Below are positions 32,350-42,305 of a DNA stretch of 64,000 bases, one piece after another. The notes under the pieces are model-generated. The model ran no database searches. It was not told the DNA's origin and saw nothing but the letters and a program-made list of their open reading frames with translations. The position numbers and the translations under genes were made by a program. This stretch comes from an uncultured Nitrososphaerota archaeon (lineage in GTDB: Archaea; Thermoproteota; Nitrososphaeria; Nitrososphaerales; CADDZS01), in NCBI GenBank assembly GCA_963799845.1, contig CAWCYI010000006.1:960001-1024000 (forward strand), in the 5' to 3' direction. Every line of letters begins with the position of its first letter. The stretch's first letter is position 1.

Positions 32350-32934
32350 TTGACTGTAACAAAATTCGGTGCTCTCATGGTTGTCTCAATTATCTTTGCA
32401 GGCCTCGCTGGAGCAACCATTCAATATTATCGTGATATTCAGGTTCCTATATCTAAGGGGAATACTTTGACCGTCTATCGGACGGTAACCACTAGCTCGG
32501 TTGTCACTCTTGTCCAGCTTGCAACGACCACTGATGTAAACACAGCAACCTATTCGTCCAGCGTCGAGGTAAAGGGTTTCGTATATTCTGAGGTCTATCC
32601 TTCACTATTCGTGTATTTCATACACTGCCTTCCTGTTGCATATGTTGCCTGCGACACCTATCCCGCCAGAGTGACGAGCACGAGTAATTTTACGGAGAGC
32701 ATTGGAAATTCAACCTACGTATCCTACAATGGAAGCTATGTCGTTGATGTGCCAAACAACGAATCCTACGGTATCTCAGTCCGTCTTGCATCCTACAACA
32801 CCGGCTCGTCTGTTACTGCCCTAGCTGTGCTTCCACTTTACGCACTCACGCCGATCATAGGCGATTACAACATAGATTGCTTCTTTCCGAATTCGAACCA
32901 CAGCTTCTCCAACATTAACTGTGTGAGCGAATGA
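32350..32934 (+). CDS. Secreted or membrane-anchored hypothetical protein
   Basis: N-terminal hydrophobic segment, Ser/Thr-rich, several N-x-S/T sequons. Confidence 0.6.
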   Translation: MTVTKFGALMVVSIIFAGLAGATIQYYRDIQVPISKGNTLTVYRTVTTSSVVTLVQLATTTDVNTATYSSSVEVKGFVYSEVYPSLFVYFIHCLPVAYVACDTYPARVTSTSNFTESIGNSTYVSYNGSYVVDVPNNESYGISVRLASYNTGSSVTALAVLPLYALTPIIGDYNIDCFFPNSNHSFSNINCVSE

Positions 32935-32966
32935 ACACTCAGATTTCGAAGTTCTCAGACAAACGA

Positions 32967-33764
32967 ATGAAGATCCTTTACGTCAATCCAGTGGGCACCT
33001 TACTCTTTGATAAATCGATGAAGCAGATCCTCAAGGAAGCAAGGAACCCGGGAACCGAAGTGGATGTCGTCTCCCTCAAGAGAGGGCCGTGGCATGTTGA
33101 GTATCGTTACTACGAGTCGCTCGTTATGACAGACGTGTTGCACGTGGTCAAGAAGGCGGAGAATGACGGCTACGACGCGGTTGTGCTCGGCTGTTTCTAC
33201 GACCTTGGCCTGCAGGAGGCGCGAGAGATAAGTAGCAAAATGGTTGTCACCGCGCCTGCGGAGTCTTGCATGCTCCTTGCATGCAGTCTAGGAAGCACAT
33301 TCTCGATAATAGTCGGACGAAAGAAGTGGATTCCTCAGATGATGGGTAACGTCGTCCAATACGGACTCGGGGACAGACTCGCCTCCTTCAAGACTCTGGA
33401 CCTAGGAGTTCTCGATTTTCAGGAAGACAAGACGAAAACCGAGAAGCGACAAATCGAAGCCTCCAGAGAAGCGATTGAGAAAGACGGAGCTGAAGTGATT
33501 ATACTTGGCTGCACAGCCGAATTCGGCTTCTGGAAAGTGCTCCAAGAAAAGTTCAAGGTTCCCGTCTTAGATCCGATCATCACACCCTTCAAGCATGCAG
33601 AATACCTTGTCACGTTGAAAGACATGTTCGGCTGGACGACGAGCAAGATAGGTGGTTACGAATCTCCCCCAATAAGCGAAATAAAGAAGTGGAATCTCGG
33701 AAGGGATTTCAAGACGAAGGTTTGGGATGCCCCAATGAGAATAAAAAAAACCGAAGTGATTTGA
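32967..33764 (+). CDS. Asp/Glu/hydantoin racemase family protein
   Basis: MKILYVNP and two catalytic-type Cys motifs, VVLGCFYD and IILGCT. Confidence 0.88.
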   Translation: MKILYVNPVGTLLFDKSMKQILKEARNPGTEVDVVSLKRGPWHVEYRYYESLVMTDVLHVVKKAENDGYDAVVLGCFYDLGLQEAREISSKMVVTAPAESCMLLACSLGSTFSIIVGRKKWIPQMMGNVVQYGLGDRLASFKTLDLGVLDFQEDKTKTEKRQIEASREAIEKDGAEVIILGCTAEFGFWKVLQEKFKVPVLDPIITPFKHAEYLVTLKDMFGWTTSKIGGYESPPISEIKKWNLGRDFKTKVWDAPMRIKKTEVI

Positions 33765-33770
33765 AAAACA

Positions 33771-34295
33771 TTGGAACTGGTGGAACTTCTAAGACGTAGA
33801 CGCATGTGTAGAGAGTTTGATTCTGTTCCAGTTGAGCATGAAAAACTCGAAGAGCTTGTGAAAGCAGGTAACAGAGCGCCTCAGGGAGGGAACATGTCCG
33901 TGAGGGAGTACTTAATAGTCAGCAACCCAAACTACGTAAATCTCGCAAGGGGTATCACACCGAGCTTCCTTGCAAATGCACCCGCGGTCATAGTTATCGT
34001 AACAGACCTCCCAAAAGCTCTTGAGGTCATGGGCATTCATGGAAGGGATGTGCTCTCACTCTTGGATGCAGGGGCTGCTGCTGAGAACATCGCACTTAGG
34101 GCAATGGAGCTTGGGCTTGCAGTTTCATTCGTAAGGTCTGCGACGACCGGAGCCCTCATGCATGTCTTGAAGATTCCGGAGAGATTTAGGATCGATCTTT
34201 TGATTGGAGTAGGTTATGCAAGTAAGATGGGTCTTTCTGCACCTATGAAAGGTCAACCGCCTATCATTCATCAGAACACGTACGGAGGGAATTAG
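33771..34295 (+). CDS. Nitroreductase family protein
   Basis: RRRMCREF, RAPQGGN, DAGAAAENIALRAMELGL. Confidence 0.88.
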   Translation: MELVELLRRRRMCREFDSVPVEHEKLEELVKAGNRAPQGGNMSVREYLIVSNPNYVNLARGITPSFLANAPAVIVIVTDLPKALEVMGIHGRDVLSLLDAGAAAENIALRAMELGLAVSFVRSATTGALMHVLKIPERFRIDLLIGVGYASKMGLSAPMKGQPPIIHQNTYGGN

Positions 34296-34297
34296 CG

Positions 34298-34597
34298 ATG
34301 GAGAACAAAAATGATGCGCTCTTTGAACTAGCGACATACCTGATAGCAAGCGCACGAGACTGCCTTGAGGAACCGCAGATCTACGGCCCACTGAGGATGA
34401 TTGTGGGTGTAGAGAAAATCATCGAGATGGGTAAGCTAGATCCTTCTCTTCGTGATGAGTTTCTCGAAGCAAAGCGTGGAACGATCGCGAAAGAGACTCT
34501 TGCAGTAATGAGCGACAGGAAGGCGTTTTCGAGGACGCTGGACGAAATACTTCTGGCTTTCTCAGACGAGATGAGTAGAAGGAAGATCAAAACCTAA
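34298..34597 (+). CDS. Small conserved protein (DUF6092-like)
   Basis: LFELATYLIASAR.CLEEP..YGPLR motif. Family assigned from memory. Confidence 0.65.
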   Translation: MENKNDALFELATYLIASARDCLEEPQIYGPLRMIVGVEKIIEMGKLDPSLRDEFLEAKRGTIAKETLAVMSDRKAFSRTLDEILLAFSDEMSRRKIKT

Positions 34598-35601
34598 GCT
34601 ATGTTTGGCAATATAGCTTCTGGCTTACTCGCTGGGTAGAGGTGGCAGCAAGTAAGATGGGCCCTTTCAACCTCGATCAGCGGAGGATCCACGGTTTTAC
34701 AGACGGGCATTACGAAAGGACACCTCGGGTGAAAACTGCATCCAGGCGGGAGATTTAGAGCCCCTGCTATCTCTCCAGTGCTTATGATTTTCTCCGGCTT
34801 GGCTTTTTCCTCTGCATCAGTGACCACCGGTATTGACGAAAGCAGCATCTTCGTGTAAGGGTGCAGTGGATTCTTGAAGAATTCATCGGTGGCCGCAATC
34901 TCTCTCACCTTTCCCAGATACATGATCATCACTTTGTCAGAAACGTTCCGCATGAGACTCAGATTGTGGGTGATGAACATGTATGAGAGATTAAACTTTG
35001 TTCTCAACCTCAAAAGAACATTGATGATCTTCGCCTGAATCGAAACGTCAAGCGCCGAAGTTGGCTCGTCGAGGACTATGAAAGAAGGACTAGTGGCGAG
35101 AGCTCTAGCAATCGCAACCAACTGCTTTTCTCCACCTCCCAACTCCGCAGGATACCTTTCCGCAAACTCGGGAGGGAGGTCAACCATTTCTAGGAGCTCC
35201 TCTACCTTCTCGCTGACTGACTCCCCTTGTATCTTGTGAACGTTGAGTGGAACTTCAAGCGCTTGCTTTACCGTTCGTTTTGGATTCAGAGAAGAAGCAG
35301 GGTTTTGGAAAACTATCTGGATGTCCCTCTTCGTCTCTTTCGATCTGTGCTTTGCGCTCTTTGAAATATCCATTCCCCTGTACGTAATCTTCCCTAATGT
35401 TGGCGGATAAATCCCTATGATCATGTTGCCGAGAGTGGTTTTCCCTGAGCCGGATTCCCCAACGACTCCGAGCACTTCTCCTTCCTTCATCTCAAAGCTC
35501 AGTTCATCGACTGCCTTTACTATGCCCCGGGAAGTCTTGAAGTATTTCCTGAGGTTTTCGACTTGAATGATGGTTTCAGAACTCTCCAAGTAATTTCTCA
35601 A
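34594..35601 (-). CDS. Oligopeptide ABC transporter ATP-binding subunit (OppF-like)
   Basis: GESGSGKTT, FQNP, DEPTSALD, HPYT, Cys-rich GCSFHPRC tail. Confidence 0.93.
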   Translation of the reverse strand: MRNYLESSETIIQVENLRKYFKTSRGIVKAVDELSFEMKEGEVLGVVGESGSGKTTLGNMIIGIYPPTLGKITYRGMDISKSAKHRSKETKRDIQIVFQNPASSLNPKRTVKQALEVPLNVHKIQGESVSEKVEELLEMVDLPPEFAERYPAELGGGEKQLVAIARALATSPSFIVLDEPTSALDVSIQAKIINVLLRLRTKFNLSYMFITHNLSLMRNVSDKVMIMYLGKVREIAATDEFFKNPLHPYTKMLLSSIPVVTDAEEKAKPEKIISTGEIAGALNLPPGCSFHPRCPFVMPVCKTVDPPLIEVERAHLTCCHLYPASKPEAILPNIA

Positions 35602-35603
35602 AT

Positions 35604-36608
35604 CTACTTGTTGTAAAGATAACACGCGACTCTGTGACCGCTTTCCACCTCATACATCGGCGGCGGCTGATTGTTGCAAATCTGCATCGCAAACGGACAC
35701 CTCGTGACGAACCGGCATCCCTGAGGAGGATTCATGTAACTGGGCACCTGCCCGAGGATACCTTCGGGTACCCCTCCTCCGGTGAGCTTAGGAACGGAAT
35801 CAAGGAGCATTCTTGTGTAGGGGTGCTTTGCGTTGTTGAATACAACATCGGTCGGACCCTCCTCAGCCACTGTCCCCGCGTACATCACGTATACTCTGTC
35901 GACAAAATGCTTCACCGTCCCGAGGGCGTGCGCGATCAAGATTACAGAAATTTGCTTGTCCTCGACTATTTTCTTCAAAAGCCTCATGATCTGGTCTTCA
36001 ATTGTCACGTCAAGCGAGGTGCCCGGCTCGTCCGCGATAAGTATCTCGCGAGCAGAGACAAGCGCCATCGCGATATTGACCCGTTGTTTCATCCCTCCGC
36101 TGAGTTGGAAGGGGTAGCTGTCGAGAATCCTTTCGGGTTCTGGCAGCGCCGCCTGCTTCAGATAGCTGACCGCCGCTTCGTGGATTTCCTTTCTCGAAAG
36201 GTGGGTAGCCGAAGAGTACTTTACGACGTCATAGAGCTGTTGGCGTATTGTGAAGACGGGATTTAGAGCGGCTGAAGGATCCTGAAAGATCATTGACATG
36301 CTCCTCCTTCTCAGAGCAAACAACTTTCCGCGAGGCATCGAGAGGATGTCCTGTCCCAAATAATTGATCTTGCCTCCAGTTATCGTTGCGTTGTCGGCAA
36401 GCAGGCGCATGACGGCCTTCATCGTTGAGGTTTTCCCGCAAGCTGATTCACCGATAATTCCTATTTTCTCCCCTTTTGCAAGAAGGAGATTCACGCCGTT
36501 GAGAACTTTGAGCATACCCCCGTAGACTTTGTATTCGAGCTTAAGGTTCTCGACTTCAAGTAGCGGAGCGGAGCCCTTACCCTCCTCCAGTTGTTGACTT
36601 TCCATCAT
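35604..36608 (-). CDS. Oligopeptide ABC transporter ATP-binding subunit (OppD-like)
   Basis: GESACGKTS, YPFQLSGGMKQR, ADEP, GCRFVTRC. Confidence 0.93.
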   Translation of the reverse strand: MMESQQLEEGKGSAPLLEVENLKLEYKVYGGMLKVLNGVNLLLAKGEKIGIIGESACGKTSTMKAVMRLLADNATITGGKINYLGQDILSMPRGKLFALRRRSMSMIFQDPSAALNPVFTIRQQLYDVVKYSSATHLSRKEIHEAAVSYLKQAALPEPERILDSYPFQLSGGMKQRVNIAMALVSAREILIADEPGTSLDVTIEDQIMRLLKKIVEDKQISVILIAHALGTVKHFVDRVYVMYAGTVAEEGPTDVVFNNAKHPYTRMLLDSVPKLTGGGVPEGILGQVPSYMNPPQGCRFVTRCPFAMQICNNQPPPMYEVESGHRVACYLYNK

Positions 36609-36614
36609 GGTGCA

Positions 36615-37505
36615 TCAAGTGATCCCGGAGGAGAACATGTCATTGACCCCATCGCCTAGGAGATTGAAACCAAGTATAACCACGACAATGGCAAGAGCAG
36701 GAAAAATGCTGATCCACCAAGCTGTATCTAGATAAGAAGAGCCGTTTGAAATCATCGTGCCAAGGTCTGCAGTGGGCGCCTGCGCACCGAGACCCACATA
36801 ACTTAAGGCTGCCCCGATAAGGATCACCCACCCGCCGTCCAAGCTAACCTTGGTAAGAATTGAACCGAGCACATTTGGAAGTATCTCCTTAAACATTATG
36901 TGGAAGGGGCCCGCGCCGACCAGCTCCGCCGCCTTCACAAAATCCTCGTTCCTGATTGATGATGCGGAGCTGTAAACAAGCCTAGTGTACCATGGCCACC
37001 ATGCGAGAGAAACTGCCATCATAGCGTTTATGGCGCTGGGAGTGAGCAACGACGCAACCGCCAGAGCCAACAGAAGGGCCGGCACTGCGACGAAAATATC
37101 AGCTAGCCTCATGATTGCATTGCTCAGTTTTGTGTTTACGTAATATCCTGCAACGAGACCAAGGAAAACTCCGGGTATCACCGTGATTCCAAGTACTACA
37201 ACCACGAGCATCAGTGAGTATCTGAAACCAAACATTACTCTTGTGAGAACATCTCTTCCAAACTGGTCTGTTCCGAAGAGATGCGTTGCAGAAGGAGGAA
37301 GTAGTTGCGCAGGAAAGTTGACGTAAAAGCCCACCGTTTGAAACGGATACGGCGCGAGAAATGGCGCAAAAATCGCAATTATAACGACTGCGACTATTAC
37401 TCCCAGTCCTACAACTGAAAGCTTGTTTCTACGGAATTTGTACCAGTATTTTCCGTACTTCGAAGTGATTCTCTTGGCGAACGTCGTCGTAGCGATTATC
37501 GTCAT
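36615..37505 (-). CDS. Oligopeptide ABC permease (OppC-like)
   Basis: HLFGTDQFGRD, FVKAAELVGA, GFNLLGDG. Confidence 0.93.
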   Translation of the reverse strand: MTIIATTTFAKRITSKYGKYWYKFRRNKLSVVGLGVIVAVVIIAIFAPFLAPYPFQTVGFYVNFPAQLLPPSATHLFGTDQFGRDVLTRVMFGFRYSLMLVVVVLGITVIPGVFLGLVAGYYVNTKLSNAIMRLADIFVAVPALLLALAVASLLTPSAINAMMAVSLAWWPWYTRLVYSSASSIRNEDFVKAAELVGAGPFHIMFKEILPNVLGSILTKVSLDGGWVILIGAALSYVGLGAQAPTADLGTMISNGSSYLDTAWWISIFPALAIVVVILGFNLLGDGVNDMFSSGIT

Positions 37506-37509
37506 GCTC

Positions 37510-38541
37510 TCATTCCTCACTTGACACTTGAAGACGAATTCTCGGGTCGAGGTATCCGACCAGAATATCAACCAAGATGTTCGCGACGACGAAGATAATT
37601 CCAGCGACCATTACTACCGCAACTATAGCGTTCAGATCCTTGCTCAGCATCGCGTTAAGCCCGTATCTCGAAAAGCCCGGCCAGTTGAAAATCAACTCTA
37701 CGAGAAATGCATTCCCTATCTGTGCAGAAATGTCAAGGGCGTAGATTGTTATTGTGGGAATTAGAGACGGCTTTAGCAGATACTTTAGGATAATCAATCT
37801 TTCCGGAATCCCATGCGATACTTCTGCAAGAGTGTAATCCTTTCCAAGATTTTCAACAACACTTGAGCGCATTATTCTTGCTTCCTGTGCAATCGGACCA
37901 AGGGCTAGTGCAAACGCCGGAAGTATCAAGTGCCACAACGCGTTAGTAACCGCATTGAAATTCAGGGTCAACAAACCATCGAGAACATACATTCCCGTTA
38001 TCCTAGGAGGAGGAGCGACGTTCTGACTGAGTCTTCCAATTATTGGGAAGAGATGCAGGCCGTAACCGAGCGTCAGTTGGAGAATGATTGCAACGACGAA
38101 GGATGGGACAGCTATTCCAACGTACGAGATGATTCTGACCGTGTTGTCTACCGCGGAGTTTGCTCTCCTTCCTGCGAGGACACCCAGAGGAATCGACAAC
38201 ATGAGGTCAATAATCGCGGCAGTCAGGATCAGTTCAATAGTGGCGGGGAGATACTCCTCAACGTCTAACAGAACATTTCTGTGTGTGAAAAGTGACAGTC
38301 CCCAGTTTCCGGTGAAAATCCCTCCAAGCCAGTACACGTATTGGACATATAATGGCTGATTGAAATGGAGCGAGATCTTGCACGCATTAACAGCTGACTG
38401 AGGTGCGTTCGGCCCCAGCGCGACTCGACACGGGTCTCCTGGCAACACCCGAGCTATGACAAAAATAAGTATCGAAAGACCAAGTAGCGAGATCCCAGAA
38501 TAAGCTAATCGCTTCGCTATGAAGGTCCAGGATCTTGCCAT
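37510..38541 (-). CDS. Oligopeptide ABC permease (OppB-like)
   Basis: LPGDP, LPATIEL, HLILPA, FNWPG, YLDPRIR. Confidence 0.93.
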   Translation of the reverse strand: MARSWTFIAKRLAYSGISLLGLSILIFVIARVLPGDPCRVALGPNAPQSAVNACKISLHFNQPLYVQYVYWLGGIFTGNWGLSLFTHRNVLLDVEEYLPATIELILTAAIIDLMLSIPLGVLAGRRANSAVDNTVRIISYVGIAVPSFVVAIILQLTLGYGLHLFPIIGRLSQNVAPPPRITGMYVLDGLLTLNFNAVTNALWHLILPAFALALGPIAQEARIMRSSVVENLGKDYTLAEVSHGIPERLIILKYLLKPSLIPTITIYALDISAQIGNAFLVELIFNWPGFSRYGLNAMLSKDLNAIVAVVMVAGIIFVVANILVDILVGYLDPRIRLQVSSEE

Positions 38542-38650
38542 TAATGGTCAAACACTGTCCCACACCCAGGGTATTAGCTCAGGTGTGTTAAGATGCTTTT
38601 GTGTAGTTACATAAATCCGCGATGATGCGGAGGCCCCCGACCATAACTAC

Positions 38651-40443
38651 CTAAAGGGCGGCCAGCGCGGAGGGATTGAATCCGATGTCTCTGAAGTAGA
38701 AGTCGTATCCCAAGTCTGCGATTGGGTGACCGTTCGCGGCGTACCAATTAACAACGCTGGGATAGTAGGCCCTAATCTCGTAGACATCGAACGCGTAGAT
38801 AGATGGGTACAGGTTGTATATCTCCTGCTGTAATGTGTAGTATGCCTGGAAGCGCTGAGTCTGGTTCACTACGGAGAGCGATGAGAGGATTTGGTTGTTG
38901 AGCGTCTGGTTGTTCATCCACTCGTCCTGCTCCCAAGTTCCCTGAGACGCGATTGTGTATCTTGACTGCAGAATAGAACCAGCCTCAAAGTAGCTTGCGC
39001 CATCCTCAATCGAGACAACGTTCGGAGAGCTACTCTCGTTCCCAAGGTCGGCGACCACCGTCAACCAAGGAGTACCAACCACATTCACGGTGATGCCAAT
39101 CTTCGCCATATCTGACGCAAACTCCAGCGCTAGCGCCTGTTCAGCTGGGACGGCGGTCACCCAGTAGTATTGGACCGTGCCAGAGACCTTTCCAGGTACT
39201 GCTATCGTAGTACTTTGATTGCTTGATAATTTGCTCCGCGAGCGTGAGGTTTTGTGCAGACACTGATATGTTGGGATCGTGTCCAGGCAGTACCGATGCA
39301 ACAGGGCCAGACGAAGGCTTGCTTCCCGCGAATGGACCGCTGGGGGCTATGATCGCAGAGTAATTCAGGGCATATGACATGGCTTCCCTGACGTAGACGT
39401 CATCCGTCGGAGCCTTCGCAGTATTCAGCATGAGGTACATCTCGTCGACAGTAGGAATCGATACCATCTGAGCTCCCTTCAGCGCCGCTAGAGACTGGAT
39501 GGTTGTGTAGGGCTGCCACTGGTCTGTAATCTGTGTTTGGTGGCTGCTGAATAGTGCTGTGACGGTGGTCGTGGCGCTAGTGCCGTAAAATTGCACATAG
39601 GCCGGCTGGCTTGGATTCGTGCCATTCCAGTAATTAGTGTATTCTCCTAAGACCATGTTCAGCTTCTGGGTTGAGCGAGACCATGTAGTAAGGACCTGAA
39701 CCTGCGTCGTGCGTGAGAAGCCAAGTCGAACCGTAATCAGTGCCATTTGCGTAGGTCCCGGAGACTTCATGCGCAATTACCTGAGACTCGTCAAGCACGT
39801 ACAATCTGACTAGGGCAGAAGTGAACGGGCCAAATGTCGACTTTAAGTTGATAACAACCTGTGTGGGAGAGGGTGCCGATATGTTTGCAACATACGGAGA
39901 AAACAGATAGGAGTAACCTTGGGCCATGCTCAGCAGACGGTTCATCGAGAACACTACATCCTGAGCTGTCAGTGGATCTCCGTTGTGGAATGTAACACCT
40001 GATCTCAGATTGAATGTGTAGGTCAGACCGCTTGAAGAAATGCTCCATGTAGTTGCCAAGTCAGGTTGAATTCCTCCCGACGCAGTTGGGAATACTAGAG
40101 TATCGTAAAGATTTGCTAGCGCGGCTGAACCCGCTTCATCTGAACCTATTGCAGGATCTGTAGTAGGCACGTTTGCAAAAGTCAGACTGAGAGCGGTAGA
40201 ATTAGAAAAGGGCTGAGTTGTTGACGTAGATGTCGACTGCGATGTAGTGGTTGACACCGCGGCCGACGAGGTTGTTGTCGAAACAGTCGTCGGTGTTGTT
40301 GTCACAGTCGTGCTTGTGTTCACATAGAAAGCATAGTAGGCTCCGCCTGCAATGATCAGGATTACGACAATTATTATTGCAGCAATGATAGTCGTACTGA
40401 TACCCTGACGATGATTATTAGCAATTAGCTTGCGGGTATTCAT
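38651..40443 (-). CDS. Oligopeptide ABC solute-binding protein (OppA-like), frameshifted
   Basis: LYDTLV, PDLATTW, FHNGDPLTAQDV, GSGPY, VREAMSYALN across three ORFs. N-terminal TM plus Thr/Ser linker. Confidence 0.88.
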
Positions 40444-40583
40444 TCGTCTATAAACCTAAGAAGCTGGCTCATAGCGAACTATTTATTCATTGCTTAATGT
40501 TTCGAATTGAAAATCCACTCTAACTATAAGGGCACTCCGGCGCCGACTGAGGATTTTGATTTATCTTGCATGCTTAAAACCAA

Positions 40584-42300
40584 CTAAGATCTATATTCTC
40601 GGTCGGCCGTGCCTCTCAATGGGTCTACAACTACGCCGTAGTCCATTCTGGCGGATTCAATGGTAATATACTCATTTATCACATCGTTCAGGACATTTTC
40701 TGGATCGCGTTGAAGGGGATCTCCATACCCTCCCCCACCACCGGTCTTGAGTCTTACCATGTCGCCCTTTTTCATCGATTCTGCGGCGATCTTTCGAAGT
40801 CGTCTTGGCTCTTTGTTGCTTTCGTAAAGAATGAAATAGTTGGACGTCCCATTACTTCCTCCTTTTGTACCCCAACACGGATAGAGTGATCTTCCCATTG
40901 AAGAAGTGAAGCTCACATTCGAGTTGTTAATCCTGTAATCCTTGATTATGCCAAAGCCGCCTCTGAATTTGCCCTTCCCGCTACCATCTTCAATATTTAG
41001 AGCATACTGCTCGACTACTATTGGGTACCTTACCTCCATCACTTCGTTTGACATTATGTACGTCTCTCCGTCTCCCGAGCAGACGAGGCCGCTTTCGCCA
41101 TCCTTCGACATGCTCCCTCCCCAGCCTCCAGGTTGCGGCTCCACGATTGCGAAAGGTTCATTAGTTCTATCGTCTACTCCGCCAACGATTGTTCCGCAAA
41201 CGCTAAGGAAGTGACCGGCGGGAAGTCTTTCGGGCATTTGCGGCGCAAGTGCCTTCCACACCAAATCGGTGATGAAACCCATCGACTCCCAGTATGTCGA
41301 CGTCGGAGCGGGCGGGAGAGGATTGAATATAGTCCCGGGATCCGCGATGACCTTTAGGAGTCTGAAGTTGCCTTCGTTTGCTGGACCGTGAGGGTCGGTC
41401 ACCGCTTTGAATATCGCTCGTGCAGCGGAAACGGTCGCACACCATGGGCAGTTGATTGAACCCCTTACTTGCTTACCTGATCCTCTCAAGTCCACGACGA
41501 ACTCATTCTTGCTGATGGTGACCTTGACTTCGACGTGGACGGGATTGTCGGTAATCCCATCATCGTCAACTGTATCTTGCGCGGTGAAGACACCTTGAGG
41601 AAGATCCTTCAACTTAAGCCTCATCAACTTCTCACCTTTCTCTTGGATGCGGTCGATTGCGTCAAGAACGGTATCGACCCCGTACTTGTTGCACAATTCC
41701 TCGATTCTTTTCCCACCGACACGTAGCGAAGCGGCGTGAGCCTCCATATCTCCAAGCGTCATGGCCGGTGTGCGCACATTTGCCCTAATAATATCGACTA
41801 CCTGTGGAATGACCTTGCCTCTTTCGAAGAGTTTGATCGGCGTGAAGATCAGTCCCTCCTGATAGATTTCTGTAGAGTCTGAAGTCCAGCTCCCGAAGTG
41901 CATTCCGCCAACTTCGCTCCAGTGTCCCTTGATTGTCGAAAACGCAATCAATTCGCCCTTCACGAATACTGGCATGACCAGCGTGACGTCGTTGAGGTGA
42001 GTTCCGCTCGTGTAGGGTATATTGACCATGCAAATGTCGCCGGGTTCGAACCCGTTGCGCCCGAACTTTTTGATGCAGTCCTGCGTGGCTGATATCCAAA
42101 GTACCAAGGAATCCAGGGACGCCGTTTGCCTGAGCAACGAGTTTCCCTTTGCTGTCCGTGAGACCGGCGGCATAGTCAAGCACTTCGTATATCACAGGAC
42201 TCTTGCTCGCCCTTCCAAAAGCGGCAAAAGACTCTTCGGCCGACGCGATTAGGCTGTTCTCTATGATGTCTAAAGTAAATTCGGATATCTTCTTAACCAA
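40584..42300 (-). CDS. Hydantoinase/oxoprolinase B subunit (frameshift near 42100)
   Basis: SPVIYEVLDY, PGDI..NIPY..GTHLND, GHWSEVGG, QEG, G.GKFRGGFG, TGGGGGYGDP. Confidence 0.9.
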
Positions 42301-42305
42301 CTTCT